A stretch of DNA of 63,047 nucleotides, counting the filler, from Babesia bigemina (taxonomy: Eukaryota), in the NCBI RefSeq assembly GCF_000981445.1. It is 6 parts of 6 records of this genome, joined end to end, with 100 filler letters (N's around TTAATTAATTAA, not from the genome) between each part and the next. Parts side by side here need not be neighbours in the genome. Positions count along the whole stretch, not along the records: positions 33,683 to 59,559 come from NW_012237202.1; 5 more parts are not named here. One strand, given 5' to 3'. The position numbers and the translations under genes were made by a program. Below are positions 41,170 through 51,904 of the stretch, piece by piece. Under the pieces are notes generated by a model. That model made no database searches. It was given only the letters and a program-made list of their open reading frames with translations, and was not told the origin of the DNA. Each line of letters opens with the position of its first letter. Positions within the stretch are counted from its first letter, which is position 1.

Positions 41170-41600
41170 TGGTCACGGCAGCGATGACATGGTCACGGCA
41201 GCGATGACATGGTCACGGCAGCGATGACATGGTTACGGCAGCGATGACATGGTCTCGGCAGCGGTGACATGGTCACGGCAGCGATGACATGGTTACGGCA
41301 GCGATGACAGTTGATGGTCACGGCAGCGATGACAGTTGATGGTCACGGCAGCGATGACAGTTGATGGTCACGGCAGCGATGACAGTTGATGGTCACGGCA
41401 GCGATGACAGTTGATGGTCACGGCAGCGATGACAGTTGATGGTCACGGCAGCGATGACAGTTGATGGTCACGGCAGCGATGACAGTTGATGGTCACGGCA
41501 GCGATGACAGTTGATGGTCACGGCAGCGATGACATGGACACAGCAGCGATGACATGGACACGGCAGCGATGACATGGACACGGCAGCGATGACATGGTGA
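41170..41600 (+). repeat. 20-bp array containing a run of 25-bp variant units
   Basis: GGTCACGGCAGCGATGACAT and GGTCACGGCAGCGATGACAGTTGAT. Confidence 0.95.
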
Positions 41601-41617
41601 CCAGAGTGGTGAGTATT

Positions 41618-43668
41618 ATCCACTCCACATCGCCCCCTAACCCACTCTACATCGCTCCCTAACCCACCCTACATCGCTCCCTTATCCACTCCACATCGCC
41701 CCTTTACCCACTCTACATCGCTCCTCTATCCACTCTACATCGCCCCTTAACTCACTCTGCATCGCTCCCTAATCCACTCTACATCGCCCCTTAACCCACT
41801 CTACATCGCCCCTTTAACCACTCTACATCGCTCCTTCATCCACTCTACATCGCTCCCTAACCCACTCTACATCGCTCCCTAACCCACTCTACATCGCTCC
41901 TTAACCCACTCTACATCGCCCCTTTATCCACTCTACATCGCCTCTTTATCCACTCCACATCGCTCCCTAATCTACTCCACATCGCCCCTTTATCCACTCT
42001 ACATCGCCCCTTATCCACTCTACATCGCCCTTTATCCACTCTACATCGCCCCTTTATCCACTCTACATCGCTCCTTAACCCACTCTACATCGCCCCTTTA
42101 TCCACTCTACATCGCCCCTTATCCACTCCACATCGCCCCTTTATCCACTCTACATCGCTCCTTAACCCACTCTACATCGCCCCTTATCCACTCCACATCG
42201 CCCCTTTATCCACTCTACATCGCCCCTTATCCACCCTACATCGCTCCCTTATCCACTCTACATCGTCCCTTTACCCACTCTACATCGCTCCTTTATCCAC
42301 TCTACATCGCCCCTTTATCCACTCTACATCGCCCCTTAACCCACTCTACATCGCCCCTTTATCCACTCTACATCGCCCCTTTATCCACTCTACATCGCTC
42401 CTTAACCCACTCCACATCGCTCCTTATCCACTCTACATCGCTCCTTAACCCACTCCACATCGCCCCTTAACCCACTCTACATCGCTCCCTTATCCACTCT
42501 ACATCGCCCCTTTATCCACCCTACATCGCTCCCTAACCCACTCCACATCGCCCCTTTACCCACTCTACATCGCCCCTTTATCCACTCTACATCGCTACTT
42601 AACCCACTCTTCATCGCTCCCTAACCCACTCTACATCGCTCCCTAACCCACTCTACATCGCTACTTAACCCACTCTTCATCGCTCCCTAACCCACTCTAC
42701 ATCGCTCCTTTACCCACTCTACATCGCTCTTTAACCCACTCCACATCGCTCCCTAATCCACTCCACATCGCCCCTTTATCCACTCTACATCGCTCCCTTA
42801 TCCACTCCACATCGCCCTTTACCCACACTACATCGCTCCTTTATCCACTCTACATCGCTCCCTAACCCACTCCACATCGCTCCTTAACCCACTCTACATC
42901 GCCCCTTTACCCACTCTACATCGCCCCTTTATCCACTCTACATCGCCCCTTAATCCACTCTACATCGCCCCTTTATCCACTCTACATCGCCCCTTAATCC
43001 ACTCTACATCGCCCCTTATCCACTCCACATCGCTCCTTAACCCACTCTACATCGCCCCTTTATCCACTCTACATCGCTCCTTTATCCACTCTACATCGCC
43101 CCTTTATCCACTCTACATCGCTCCCTTATCCACTCTACATCGCCCCTTAACCCACTCTACATCGCTCCTTAACCCACTCTACATCGCTCCTTTACCCACT
43201 CCACATCGCTCCCTAACCCACTCTACATCGCCCCTTTATCCACCCTACATCGCTCCCTAACCCACTCTACATCGCTCCCTAACCCACTCCACATCGCCCC
43301 TTATCCACTCTACATCGCCCCTTTATCCACTCCACATCGCTCCCTTATCCACTCTACATCGCTCCCTTATCCACTCTACACCGCCCCTTTATCCACTCTA
43401 CATCGCCCCTTTATCCACTCCACATCGCTCCCTAACCCACTCTACATCGCTCCTCTATCCACTCTACATCGCCCCTTTATCCACTCCACATCGCTCCTCT
43501 ATCCACTCTACATCGCTCCCTAACCCACTCTACAACGCCCCTTAACCCACTCTACATCGCTCCTTATCCACTCTACATCGCCCCTTTATCCACTCTACAT
43601 CGCCCCTTAACCCACTCTACATCGCCCCTTTACCCACTCTACATCGCTCCTTAACCCACTCTACATCC
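41618..43668 (+). repeat. 22-bp minisatellite array (~2 kb)
   Basis: Tandem CCACTCTACATCGCCCCTTTAT variants. Confidence 0.96.
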
Positions 43669-43695
43669 CTCGAATTACCTCGCCTTAATACCGCT

Positions 43696-46600
43696 ATGAC
43701 CTCTATAAACCATTACAATAACTTGTGCCCTGTCACCCTTCATTTCCCTGCTTCCACCTCTTGCCACTGCCCTGACCATGTGCCGCCTAGGGAGCTTGGC
43801 GAGAAATTTCATGAAAATAAAAAGTGCGAAATTACCTCAAATAACAACCCTACTAACATCCTTAATAATCTCTGCTCTGGCCTTGAGACCTTTCTCGGCT
43901 TCAACTCTGCTAACAAAGGCTACAATGGCACTGGGATAGTGTACTCCGACCTTGATAGGCTGTGTGACGGGGTGATGGGATTTTTGAGTGGTGTTCTCAG
44001 TAACATCTACAAGCATTTAGGGCAGCATAAAAACACTTTAAATGATGCAATTACGTCACTTAACACCAATAAACACCTTGGTAAAAAAGGTTTTAATGCT
44101 GCGATTGTGAAGGTGGTCGCAGGGGTGCGGGGGTATAATGATAAGGTGAAGAGGTCAAATGATGATATCAAGAGACCGATTGAAACGCTATTAACACATG
44201 TCAATGAAGAAGTTATGAAGAAGGTAAGTGCAATTTTAAATGATAATGCTGCTTCAGGTCAGAATACATACAGTGACAAGGACATCGAGAAAGTCAAGCG
44301 AGCCGTGACGGAGGCTACCAATCTGGTCAAAACATGCATTGACTCGTCTAACGCCTATTTATTTGGCATAGACAGCCAACGAAAAAACATAAATGACTTA
44401 AATCACGAATTAAAACTTAATGTACATAATGTTACAAAACATGTAAAACATGAGAGTGGACGCCTTCACGACTTAGCGTGGAAGGCGAAGGGTGACTTGG
44501 AAGCAATGGATAAAGTCATTAATGATAAGCTCAAAACGGTGAAAGAGAACGTTAATTGCAGAATAAAAATAGAGGTGAATGAACTTGTCGAAAATCTGAA
44601 GTTAAAAGTCTCGGCAATCTTGATACAACTTAAGCAAATTAGTGAGAATCTGGCAGACAGTCTGAGCAATCTAGAATTGTGGATGGAAAAAACCAAACAT
44701 ATGATTGACAATGCAGTTGCAAAGCTTGATTTAATCATCAATAAAACTGTTGGAAGAGAAAACCGAGAATTCATAACATCGATGACGGAGCAGATTGGAA
44801 GAGATGTTAAACAGCTTCACAGTGCGGGACAAGATGCGAAAAACAGAGTAGCTGCGTTGGTTAGGGATGCACATCTGAAAGTACGTGAGTTACAGACGGC
44901 ACTGCAGTTTGATTTGGGCACAATTAAAGATGAGATCAGAAGTAAGGTCAGCAAGGTTGTCTCAGCGATTGTGTCGCTTGGGAGACAGTTTTACGACGGT
45001 AGCATCAAAACGCCAACAAATATTGAGGAGATTATAACACATATTCAAGGAGAGGTGAAAAGCATTAAAGGGCATGTTGGTGAACCAAGAGAACCAGGAA
45101 ACCTTAAACCAACAGATGGCAGCGTATACCAAAATTGGGAAGAGTTCAAAAAGAATTTAAAAGATCTGGTCAATCAGATTAAAGGAGAAAGCGTAGGTAG
45201 GGGTGTAAATGGTAAGGGTATAGAACATATTAAAACAGGAGTCATCAAGTATGCTGCGTCGTATAAAGAGTCTAAAGGAGAGGACACTGGATTCGCAAAA
45301 ATTTCGAAGGATTGGGTCACGGAAGTAGTTGGAACAAAAGCAGTCAAAAAATGGCTTGACAAGTATATTGAAGATAATATTTTTAACACTTATTTTAATG
45401 GAGAGCTGAGTGCTAGGGGACGTGATAGCTTAGGTACATACGTTATTAAAAAAGTGACGGAGCACATACAGGAAGTGGCTGGTAAAATCGAGCCGGATAA
45501 AACATTTGCTGAGAATAACGGTCTAGAAGACTACTTACCATACGTGAAAAATTATCTCAAGAAGTTTGCCACGGACGTAGTGAATAAGCGGGATGAGATA
45601 ATACGGGCTTTCGAAGGTCAAGTATTACATGATGTTCAGGTCGTATCGTTTGTCAAGTCGGGTAGGCATAATAACACTAATCTCAAACTTGCCGTCCAGG
45701 CCACCCTAGGTGTGCTGTCCGTTCTGGCCGAACGAGTTGCAAAGCAACTGGAGGCATTCATTGACGAAAGGCAAATAAACCTCGGTGGCAACGTGACGCA
45801 CATTTCGAGCAAGGTCGATGAAATCGAAGAACATGTCGACATCCGTGCACGAAAGTACACGAATGCTCTAGGCTATGCAATCGACAAAGCGCTGCAAAAT
45901 GTTCGTGGAGCAATTAATACGCTGTCCGGTCAGGTTGACCAGGCGCTGGAAGGCGGATCTGTGCCCGGCCGCGAGACAAGCGATTCAGCCGCCGCATACG
46001 TGGACAAAAAAATCAAACAGGTTACAGACACGCTTGACGAGCAGCTGCCGTGGGACCCTGCAGTCGTTGCATATAACACGCGTGGTGTCAAGCTTGAGAA
46101 ACTAACCAGATACGAGACAGGTGCGGCAGACAGCAGGAAAGGAAAGAAAAAAGAACTCGAAGATGCCATAACAATAATAGATACTGATGTGAAGCGTATT
46201 CTACAGCCATTAGACACGTTTAATGAAAATGCATTAGATCAGTTCAAAGTTGTGACTAGCAAACTTAGTGCTTTCATGGAAGATTATTCTAGCGCAGCCA
46301 ATGAGATCAAAACGATTCTGCAGACAATCAGAACTGAGCGAATCGACAATCGTTTACTCAATTATATTAAGAATGGAATTGCAACGCTGCGAACCGTTAG
46401 GTTGAATGCGGTCATCAACAAGGCAGAGCAGTTTCCCGATGAAGCGGATGTGTTCCAAAATAACTGCGTAGATGTCCTAGAAAAACACGTTGAAAATGAA
46501 GTTAACATTGCACATACTGCAATTCTATATACAGCGCGAAGGCATTACATCACCACGATCCAGTTGTTACTTCAAAGCTTCGCATCCAAAGTGCACAGCG

Positions 46601-49302
46601 AATTAGCACCCCTGCCTCAACAAATTGAGTATGAGAAATTCACCGGTTTCAAAGGATTCATGAATGCATTGCACGACTCAATGACTTCTACTATTGGTAA
46701 TAGACTAGATAAAGAGAAGGTACGTGACTTATCGTCAGCCTTACAATTATTCTGGACACCACTCAACGAGTATCTGCTGGGAGAAATTAAACGAGTTCAC
46801 GAAGCAAATAACGAGAAGACCAATCCCAAGCCATCTGGCGACGGACAACTATACACCTCCAAGATTGATTCCGTTACTAATGAACTAAACATTCTGCTAA
46901 ATCATCTTTGTGAACATAATAGGTACGACTACCGTGTTCCTCGTATGCTCGAAATCCTCTTAGGAGAAGCTCAAGGTCTCCACCCTGAGTCCTTTTCTCA
47001 GCCGAACACTCCGCTGCTAGAAACCATTGCCCACGGCTTCCGGGGTCTGGTTGGTGTACTTGGACAGGCCTACATCTCCGCGTACGACAGTGAGACCATC
47101 CAATGGACAGAAACTGCCCTTAGCACCGGTTTAACACAAGACGCTCACCGCTGCGCCAAAATATTCTTGACCGCTTTTTCCACAATTTACGATGCTGTGC
47201 ATGACTTGAGGATAAATTGCAATAGTCTGAGGGGACACCAAATTCACTCGTCCTCTGATCTCGGCGGATTGTTCCTACGGCACGGCTTTAAGGTGTCCGC
47301 AGAAAACAAACAGCACTGGGAGCTGCAGAACAAGAGCGTCATAAACGGTGAATACGTCGCGAACAGACTTAGCTTTAGGGTCGAAGGTGCGAAAGACAAC
47401 GAGCATCTTAAGGAGTGCGAATCGAATAAACGCAAGTCTAACGTCCTTTTTAATCTTTTCGATATTCTCAAATGCATTCTGCATCACGTCGACCAGTACA
47501 ACGCCATATGTCACATCGCTATACTCCCCAAACCTAGAACGCCATGTACCGTTTTCGAGATGCTGGCGTGGCTCTCAGGGCTCACTTACACTTCCGCGTA
47601 CCAGGCGCTGCTATCAGACGGGTTCACCAACGTGCTTGATAATCCGGATACGCCGCTTGCTGGCGACGGAGAGATCAGCGTATTCGACATCGAGCAGTCA
47701 TACCTAGAGGCGCACCCGCAGACCATCACGTATAAGAGCATACGGACGGTGTTGCAATACCTTTGTTCGAAATCGTACGATTTGCTTACCACCGTTGTTG
47801 GCCACGGCGACGCGGCGACATTCTACGCTTGCGACTATTCGAATAACACGCTGAATCTGTACTACCCGAGCTCCGGCGAAGATTGTTTGCAGATGTTGCT
47901 TGACTTCCTCCGTAGAATTTTGCAGCCGCTCAGGTATTTGTTTGAACGATGCAGTGTCGCAGACAAGAACTACGGATGGGCCGACTGCCACTACGGCAGG
48001 GACGTACCTACGACCAAATCGCACTGCAACATCAAGCCAACGGACGATGTAACGTGCCTACCAAACTGTCAACCAAATTGCAAACCAAATTGTCAACCAA
48101 CATCGCCATTGATGAACTACCTAAGTGACTCTCTACTCGGCTACCTGCCACATAGATTGGAGTCTGTTGGATGCAAATCTAAATGCTCCACCTGCCCCTC
48201 CACATCCAGGCTGGGAATGCCGTGCGTCACACCGCTGGGTTTCAGGGCGTTCTCCGGGTCGACCAAAACAGGCCGTCAGCTATGTGAGATAATTCGCGAA
48301 TTCTTAGGTAGTGGCGTGGTTTCATCATTGTTTGGCTTGTCACCAACTCCGCCGAAAACGCTGCCGGAGCATTTCAGTTTCGGGTTAAGCTTGGTTAATA
48401 AGTGGGTCAAAGTTGCATCTTATATTACTGATGCAGGTATAAAACCAGTATCACAAACTAAGATTGAAGCATCTATTCAGACGCTCTCCATTAAGCTCTG
48501 CACTGACACGGGTAAGCTTACCAATGTACTTCGTGACGCTTATGGCAGCAGTCAGCATGAGCACCAAGATCAAAATCATCTCGAAGTCTATGCCGATGTA
48601 TCTAGCCTATGCATGACTAGAAGTTGCACCGACAGGGATATGCGCTGCGCTCCATACCTATCCACACTGTGTTCGGACACGTATCAATACCTTGTTCATA
48701 AGAACTTTGCCACGTACCTTACATGGGCTGTCTACCTGCCGTGGGATTTCTGGAATCAACTGAATAATTTGTGTAACGCATTCAAGAACATTTTCTGCCA
48801 AGACTGGGGATGCCATACGTGTCTGCGTGCTGAGAAATGTAAGCGTGGACAGCATGGCCTCGTCGAGAAAGTTGAGAATCAACCTGACAAGCCTCATTGC
48901 AATTGTCCATCGATGGTTCAGTGCAAGGGTGTATCCGCAACACTGTACCAGTTCGGTTTCTGTTTTGGTAACGCGGCGACATTAAATAACGAGGCATCGG
49001 CTAAGAAGTGTTCTGATTTCTGCTCTCAGCTGGACAAGGTGTTGAAATCGGAATATTTTGTTAAGCTGTTCAAAGAATGTGACATATTCATTTGGACTAT
49101 CAGAGAACCGTTCACCTACTTGGTTCTCGCGCTCTGGTCACTATCCCTCTTCTACCTCATCTGCGTCATGGTTGGCAGACTGGATGTGCTCCACATCCGC
49201 TCACACCTGAGATCACCATCATCGCACAGGATAACGGCGCAGTCATTGTTGGCTGCTGCGCAAGTCGGAAGGCTTGCCAAGATATCGTACCTTCAACCGT
49301 GA
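43696..49302 (+). CDS. ves1: ves1/VESA1-like protein, 1868 aa (class II tail), uninterrupted from leader ATG
   Basis: MTSINH leader, SDLDRLCD, GFRAFSGS, LPEHF, TM, AQVGRLAKISYLQP. Confidence 0.88.
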   Translation: MTSINHYNNLCPVTLHFPASTSCHCPDHVPPRELGEKFHENKKCEITSNNNPTNILNNLCSGLETFLGFNSANKGYNGTGIVYSDLDRLCDGVMGFLSGVLSNIYKHLGQHKNTLNDAITSLNTNKHLGKKGFNAAIVKVVAGVRGYNDKVKRSNDDIKRPIETLLTHVNEEVMKKVSAILNDNAASGQNTYSDKDIEKVKRAVTEATNLVKTCIDSSNAYLFGIDSQRKNINDLNHELKLNVHNVTKHVKHESGRLHDLAWKAKGDLEAMDKVINDKLKTVKENVNCRIKIEVNELVENLKLKVSAILIQLKQISENLADSLSNLELWMEKTKHMIDNAVAKLDLIINKTVGRENREFITSMTEQIGRDVKQLHSAGQDAKNRVAALVRDAHLKVRELQTALQFDLGTIKDEIRSKVSKVVSAIVSLGRQFYDGSIKTPTNIEEIITHIQGEVKSIKGHVGEPREPGNLKPTDGSVYQNWEEFKKNLKDLVNQIKGESVGRGVNGKGIEHIKTGVIKYAASYKESKGEDTGFAKISKDWVTEVVGTKAVKKWLDKYIEDNIFNTYFNGELSARGRDSLGTYVIKKVTEHIQEVAGKIEPDKTFAENNGLEDYLPYVKNYLKKFATDVVNKRDEIIRAFEGQVLHDVQVVSFVKSGRHNNTNLKLAVQATLGVLSVLAERVAKQLEAFIDERQINLGGNVTHISSKVDEIEEHVDIRARKYTNALGYAIDKALQNVRGAINTLSGQVDQALEGGSVPGRETSDSAAAYVDKKIKQVTDTLDEQLPWDPAVVAYNTRGVKLEKLTRYETGAADSRKGKKKELEDAITIIDTDVKRILQPLDTFNENALDQFKVVTSKLSAFMEDYSSAANEIKTILQTIRTERIDNRLLNYIKNGIATLRTVRLNAVINKAEQFPDEADVFQNNCVDVLEKHVENEVNIAHTAILYTARRHYITTIQLLLQSFASKVHSELAPLPQQIEYEKFTGFKGFMNALHDSMTSTIGNRLDKEKVRDLSSALQLFWTPLNEYLLGEIKRVHEANNEKTNPKPSGDGQLYTSKIDSVTNELNILLNHLCEHNRYDYRVPRMLEILLGEAQGLHPESFSQPNTPLLETIAHGFRGLVGVLGQAYISAYDSETIQWTETALSTGLTQDAHRCAKIFLTAFSTIYDAVHDLRINCNSLRGHQIHSSSDLGGLFLRHGFKVSAENKQHWELQNKSVINGEYVANRLSFRVEGAKDNEHLKECESNKRKSNVLFNLFDILKCILHHVDQYNAICHIAILPKPRTPCTVFEMLAWLSGLTYTSAYQALLSDGFTNVLDNPDTPLAGDGEISVFDIEQSYLEAHPQTITYKSIRTVLQYLCSKSYDLLTTVVGHGDAATFYACDYSNNTLNLYYPSSGEDCLQMLLDFLRRILQPLRYLFERCSVADKNYGWADCHYGRDVPTTKSHCNIKPTDDVTCLPNCQPNCKPNCQPTSPLMNYLSDSLLGYLPHRLESVGCKSKCSTCPSTSRLGMPCVTPLGFRAFSGSTKTGRQLCEIIREFLGSGVVSSLFGLSPTPPKTLPEHFSFGLSLVNKWVKVASYITDAGIKPVSQTKIEASIQTLSIKLCTDTGKLTNVLRDAYGSSQHEHQDQNHLEVYADVSSLCMTRSCTDRDMRCAPYLSTLCSDTYQYLVHKNFATYLTWAVYLPWDFWNQLNNLCNAFKNIFCQDWGCHTCLRAEKCKRGQHGLVEKVENQPDKPHCNCPSMVQCKGVSATLYQFGFCFGNAATLNNEASAKKCSDFCSQLDKVLKSEYFVKLFKECDIFIWTIREPFTYLVLALWSLSLFYLICVMVGRLDVLHIRSHLRSPSSHRITAQSLLAAAQVGRLAKISYLQP

Positions 49303-49447
49303 TCATCGTCACATTTGTAATTCACGTAACTACTCACTTAGCGAATCACCTACTCACCTAAATAACAAACGTAGTCTAATGTCTCGAATTACTCTAGCGG
49401 CAACCTGTGAACTAAATAGCACCTAGATTAGGTTATGACTGATAGAC

Positions 49448-50528
49448 AAAGCTAAGTGCTTAGCTAGCATCCAAGCTAAGTGCTAAGCAAGCACACAAGT
49501 TACGTGTTAACCTAGCACCCAGGCAAAGTGCTAAGCTAGCATTCAGGCAAAGTGCTAAGCTAGCACCCAGGCAAAGTGCTAAGCTAGCAACCAGGCAAAG
49601 TGGTAAGGTAGCAACCAAGTTAAGTGCTAAGCAAGCACACAAGCAACGTGTTGACCTACCATCCAGGCAACGTGCTGACCTAGCAAACAGGCGAAATGGT
49701 AAGCTAGCAACCAGGCGAGGTGCTAACCTAGCAACCAGGCAACGTGTTAAGCTAGCAGCCAGGCAAAGTGCTAACCTAGCATCTAGGCAAAGTGCAAAGC
49801 TAGCACCCAGGCAAAGTGCTAAGCTAGCACCCAGGCAAAGTGCTAAGCTAGCACACAGGCAAAGTGGTAAGCTAGCACTCAGGCAAAGTGCTAAGCAAGC
49901 ATCCACGCAACGTGTTAAGCTGGCAACCAGGCAAAGTGTTGACCTAGCAACCAGGCAAAGTGCTAAGCTAGCAACCAGGCAAAGTGCTAAGCTAGCAACC
50001 AGGCAAAGTGCTAACCTAGCACCCAGGCAAAGTGCTAACCTAGCACCCAGGCTAAGTGCTAACCTAGCAGCCAGGCGAGGTGCTAACCTAGCAACCAGGC
50101 AACGTGTTAAGCTAGCAGCCAGGCAAAGTGCTAACCTAGCATCTAGGCAAAGTGCAAAGCTAGCACCCAGGCAAAGTGCTAAGCTAGCACCCAGGCAAAG
50201 TGCTAAGCTAGCACCCAGGCTAAGTGCTAACCTAGCAGCCAGGCAAAGTGCTAAGCTAGCACCCAGGCTAAGTGTTGACCTAGCACCCAGGCTAAGTGCT
50301 AAGCTAGCATCCAGGCAAAGTGCTAAGCTGGCAACCAGGCAACGTGTTGACCAATGCCATGACCAAAGTGCTAAGCTAGCACTCAGGCAAAGTGGTGACC
50401 TAGCACCCAGGCAAAGTGGTAAGCGAGCACTCGAGCTAAGTGCTAAGCAAGCACCCAGGCAAAGTGGTAAGCTAGCACACAGGCAACGTGTTGAGGTGGC
50501 ACCCAGGCAAAGTGTTAACCTAGCACCT
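49448..50528 (+). repeat. 21-bp minisatellite array
   Basis: CCAGGCAAAGTGCTAAGCTAGCA-type units. Confidence 0.95.
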
Positions 50529-50539
50529 CACCAAGTTAG

Positions 50540-51698
50540 TGGTCACGGCAGCGATGACATGGTCACGGCAGCGATGACATGGTTAAGGCAGCGATGACAT
50601 GGTCACGGCAGCGATGACATGGTTAAGGCAGCGATGACATGGACACGGCAGCGATGTCTTGGTCACGGCAGCGATGACATGGTTACGGCAGCGATGTCTT
50701 GGTCACGGCAGCGATGTCTTGGTCACGGCAGCGATGTCTTGGTCACGGCAGCGATGACATGGCTACGGCAGCGATGACATGGTTACGGCAGCGATGACTG
50801 GTCACGGCAGCGGTGAAATGGTTACGGCAGCGATGACATGGTCACGGCAGCGATGACATGGTCACGGCAGCGATGACATGGTTACGGCAGCGATGACATG
50901 GTTACGGCAGCGATGACATGGTTACGGCAGCGATGAGATGGTTACGGCAGCGATGACATGGTTACGGCAGCGATGACATGGTTACGGCAGCGATGACATG
51001 GTTACGGCAGCGATGAGATGGTTACGGCAGCGATGACATGGTTACGGCAGCGATGACATGGTTACGGCAGCGATGACATGGTCACGGCAGCGATGACATG
51101 CTTACGGCAGCGATGACATGGTCACGGCAGCGATGTCTTGGTTACGGCAGCGATGACATGGTTACGGCAGCGATGACATGCTTACGGCAGCGATGACATG
51201 CTTACGGCAGCGGTGACATGGTCACGGCAGCGATGACATGGACACGGCAGCGATGACATGCTTACGGCAGCGATAACATGGTCACGGCAGCGATGACATG
51301 GTCACAGCAGCGATGTCTAGGTTACGGCAGCGATGACATGGCTACGGCAGCGATGACATGGTTACGGCAGCGATGACTGGTCACGGCAGCGGTGAAATGG
51401 TTACGGCAGCGATGACATGGTCACAGCAGCGATGTCTAGGTTACGGCAGCGATGACATGGCTACGGCAGCGATGACATGGTTACGGCAGCGATGACTGGT
51501 CACGGCAGCGGTGAAATGGTTACGGCAGCGATGACATGGTCACGGCAGCGATGACATGGTCACGGCAGCGATGACATGGTCACGGCAGCGATGACATGGT
51601 CACGGCAGCGATGACTGGTCACGGCAGCGATGACATGGTCACGGCAGCGATGAGATGGTCACGGCAGCGATGATATGGTCACGGCAGCGATGACAGTG
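50540..51698 (+). repeat. 20-bp minisatellite array (~1.15 kb)
   Basis: GGTYACGGCAGCGATGACAT units. Confidence 0.96.
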
Positions 51699-51730
51699 GT
51701 GACCAAGTTGATGACCTAAGTGATGATTAT

Positions 51731-51876
51731 CACCCACTCTACATCACCCTTAACCCACTCTACATCGCCCCTTTACCCACTCCACATCGCTCCCTTTATC
51801 CACTCTACATCGCTCCCTAATCCACTCTACATCGCCCCTAATCCACTCTACATCGCCCCTTAATCCACTCTACATC
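51731..51876 (+). repeat. Short 22-bp array
   Basis: About 6-7 CCACTCTACATCGC units. Confidence 0.92.
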
Positions 51877-51904
51877 CCTTGAATCACCTCGCCATAATAC
51901 CGCT

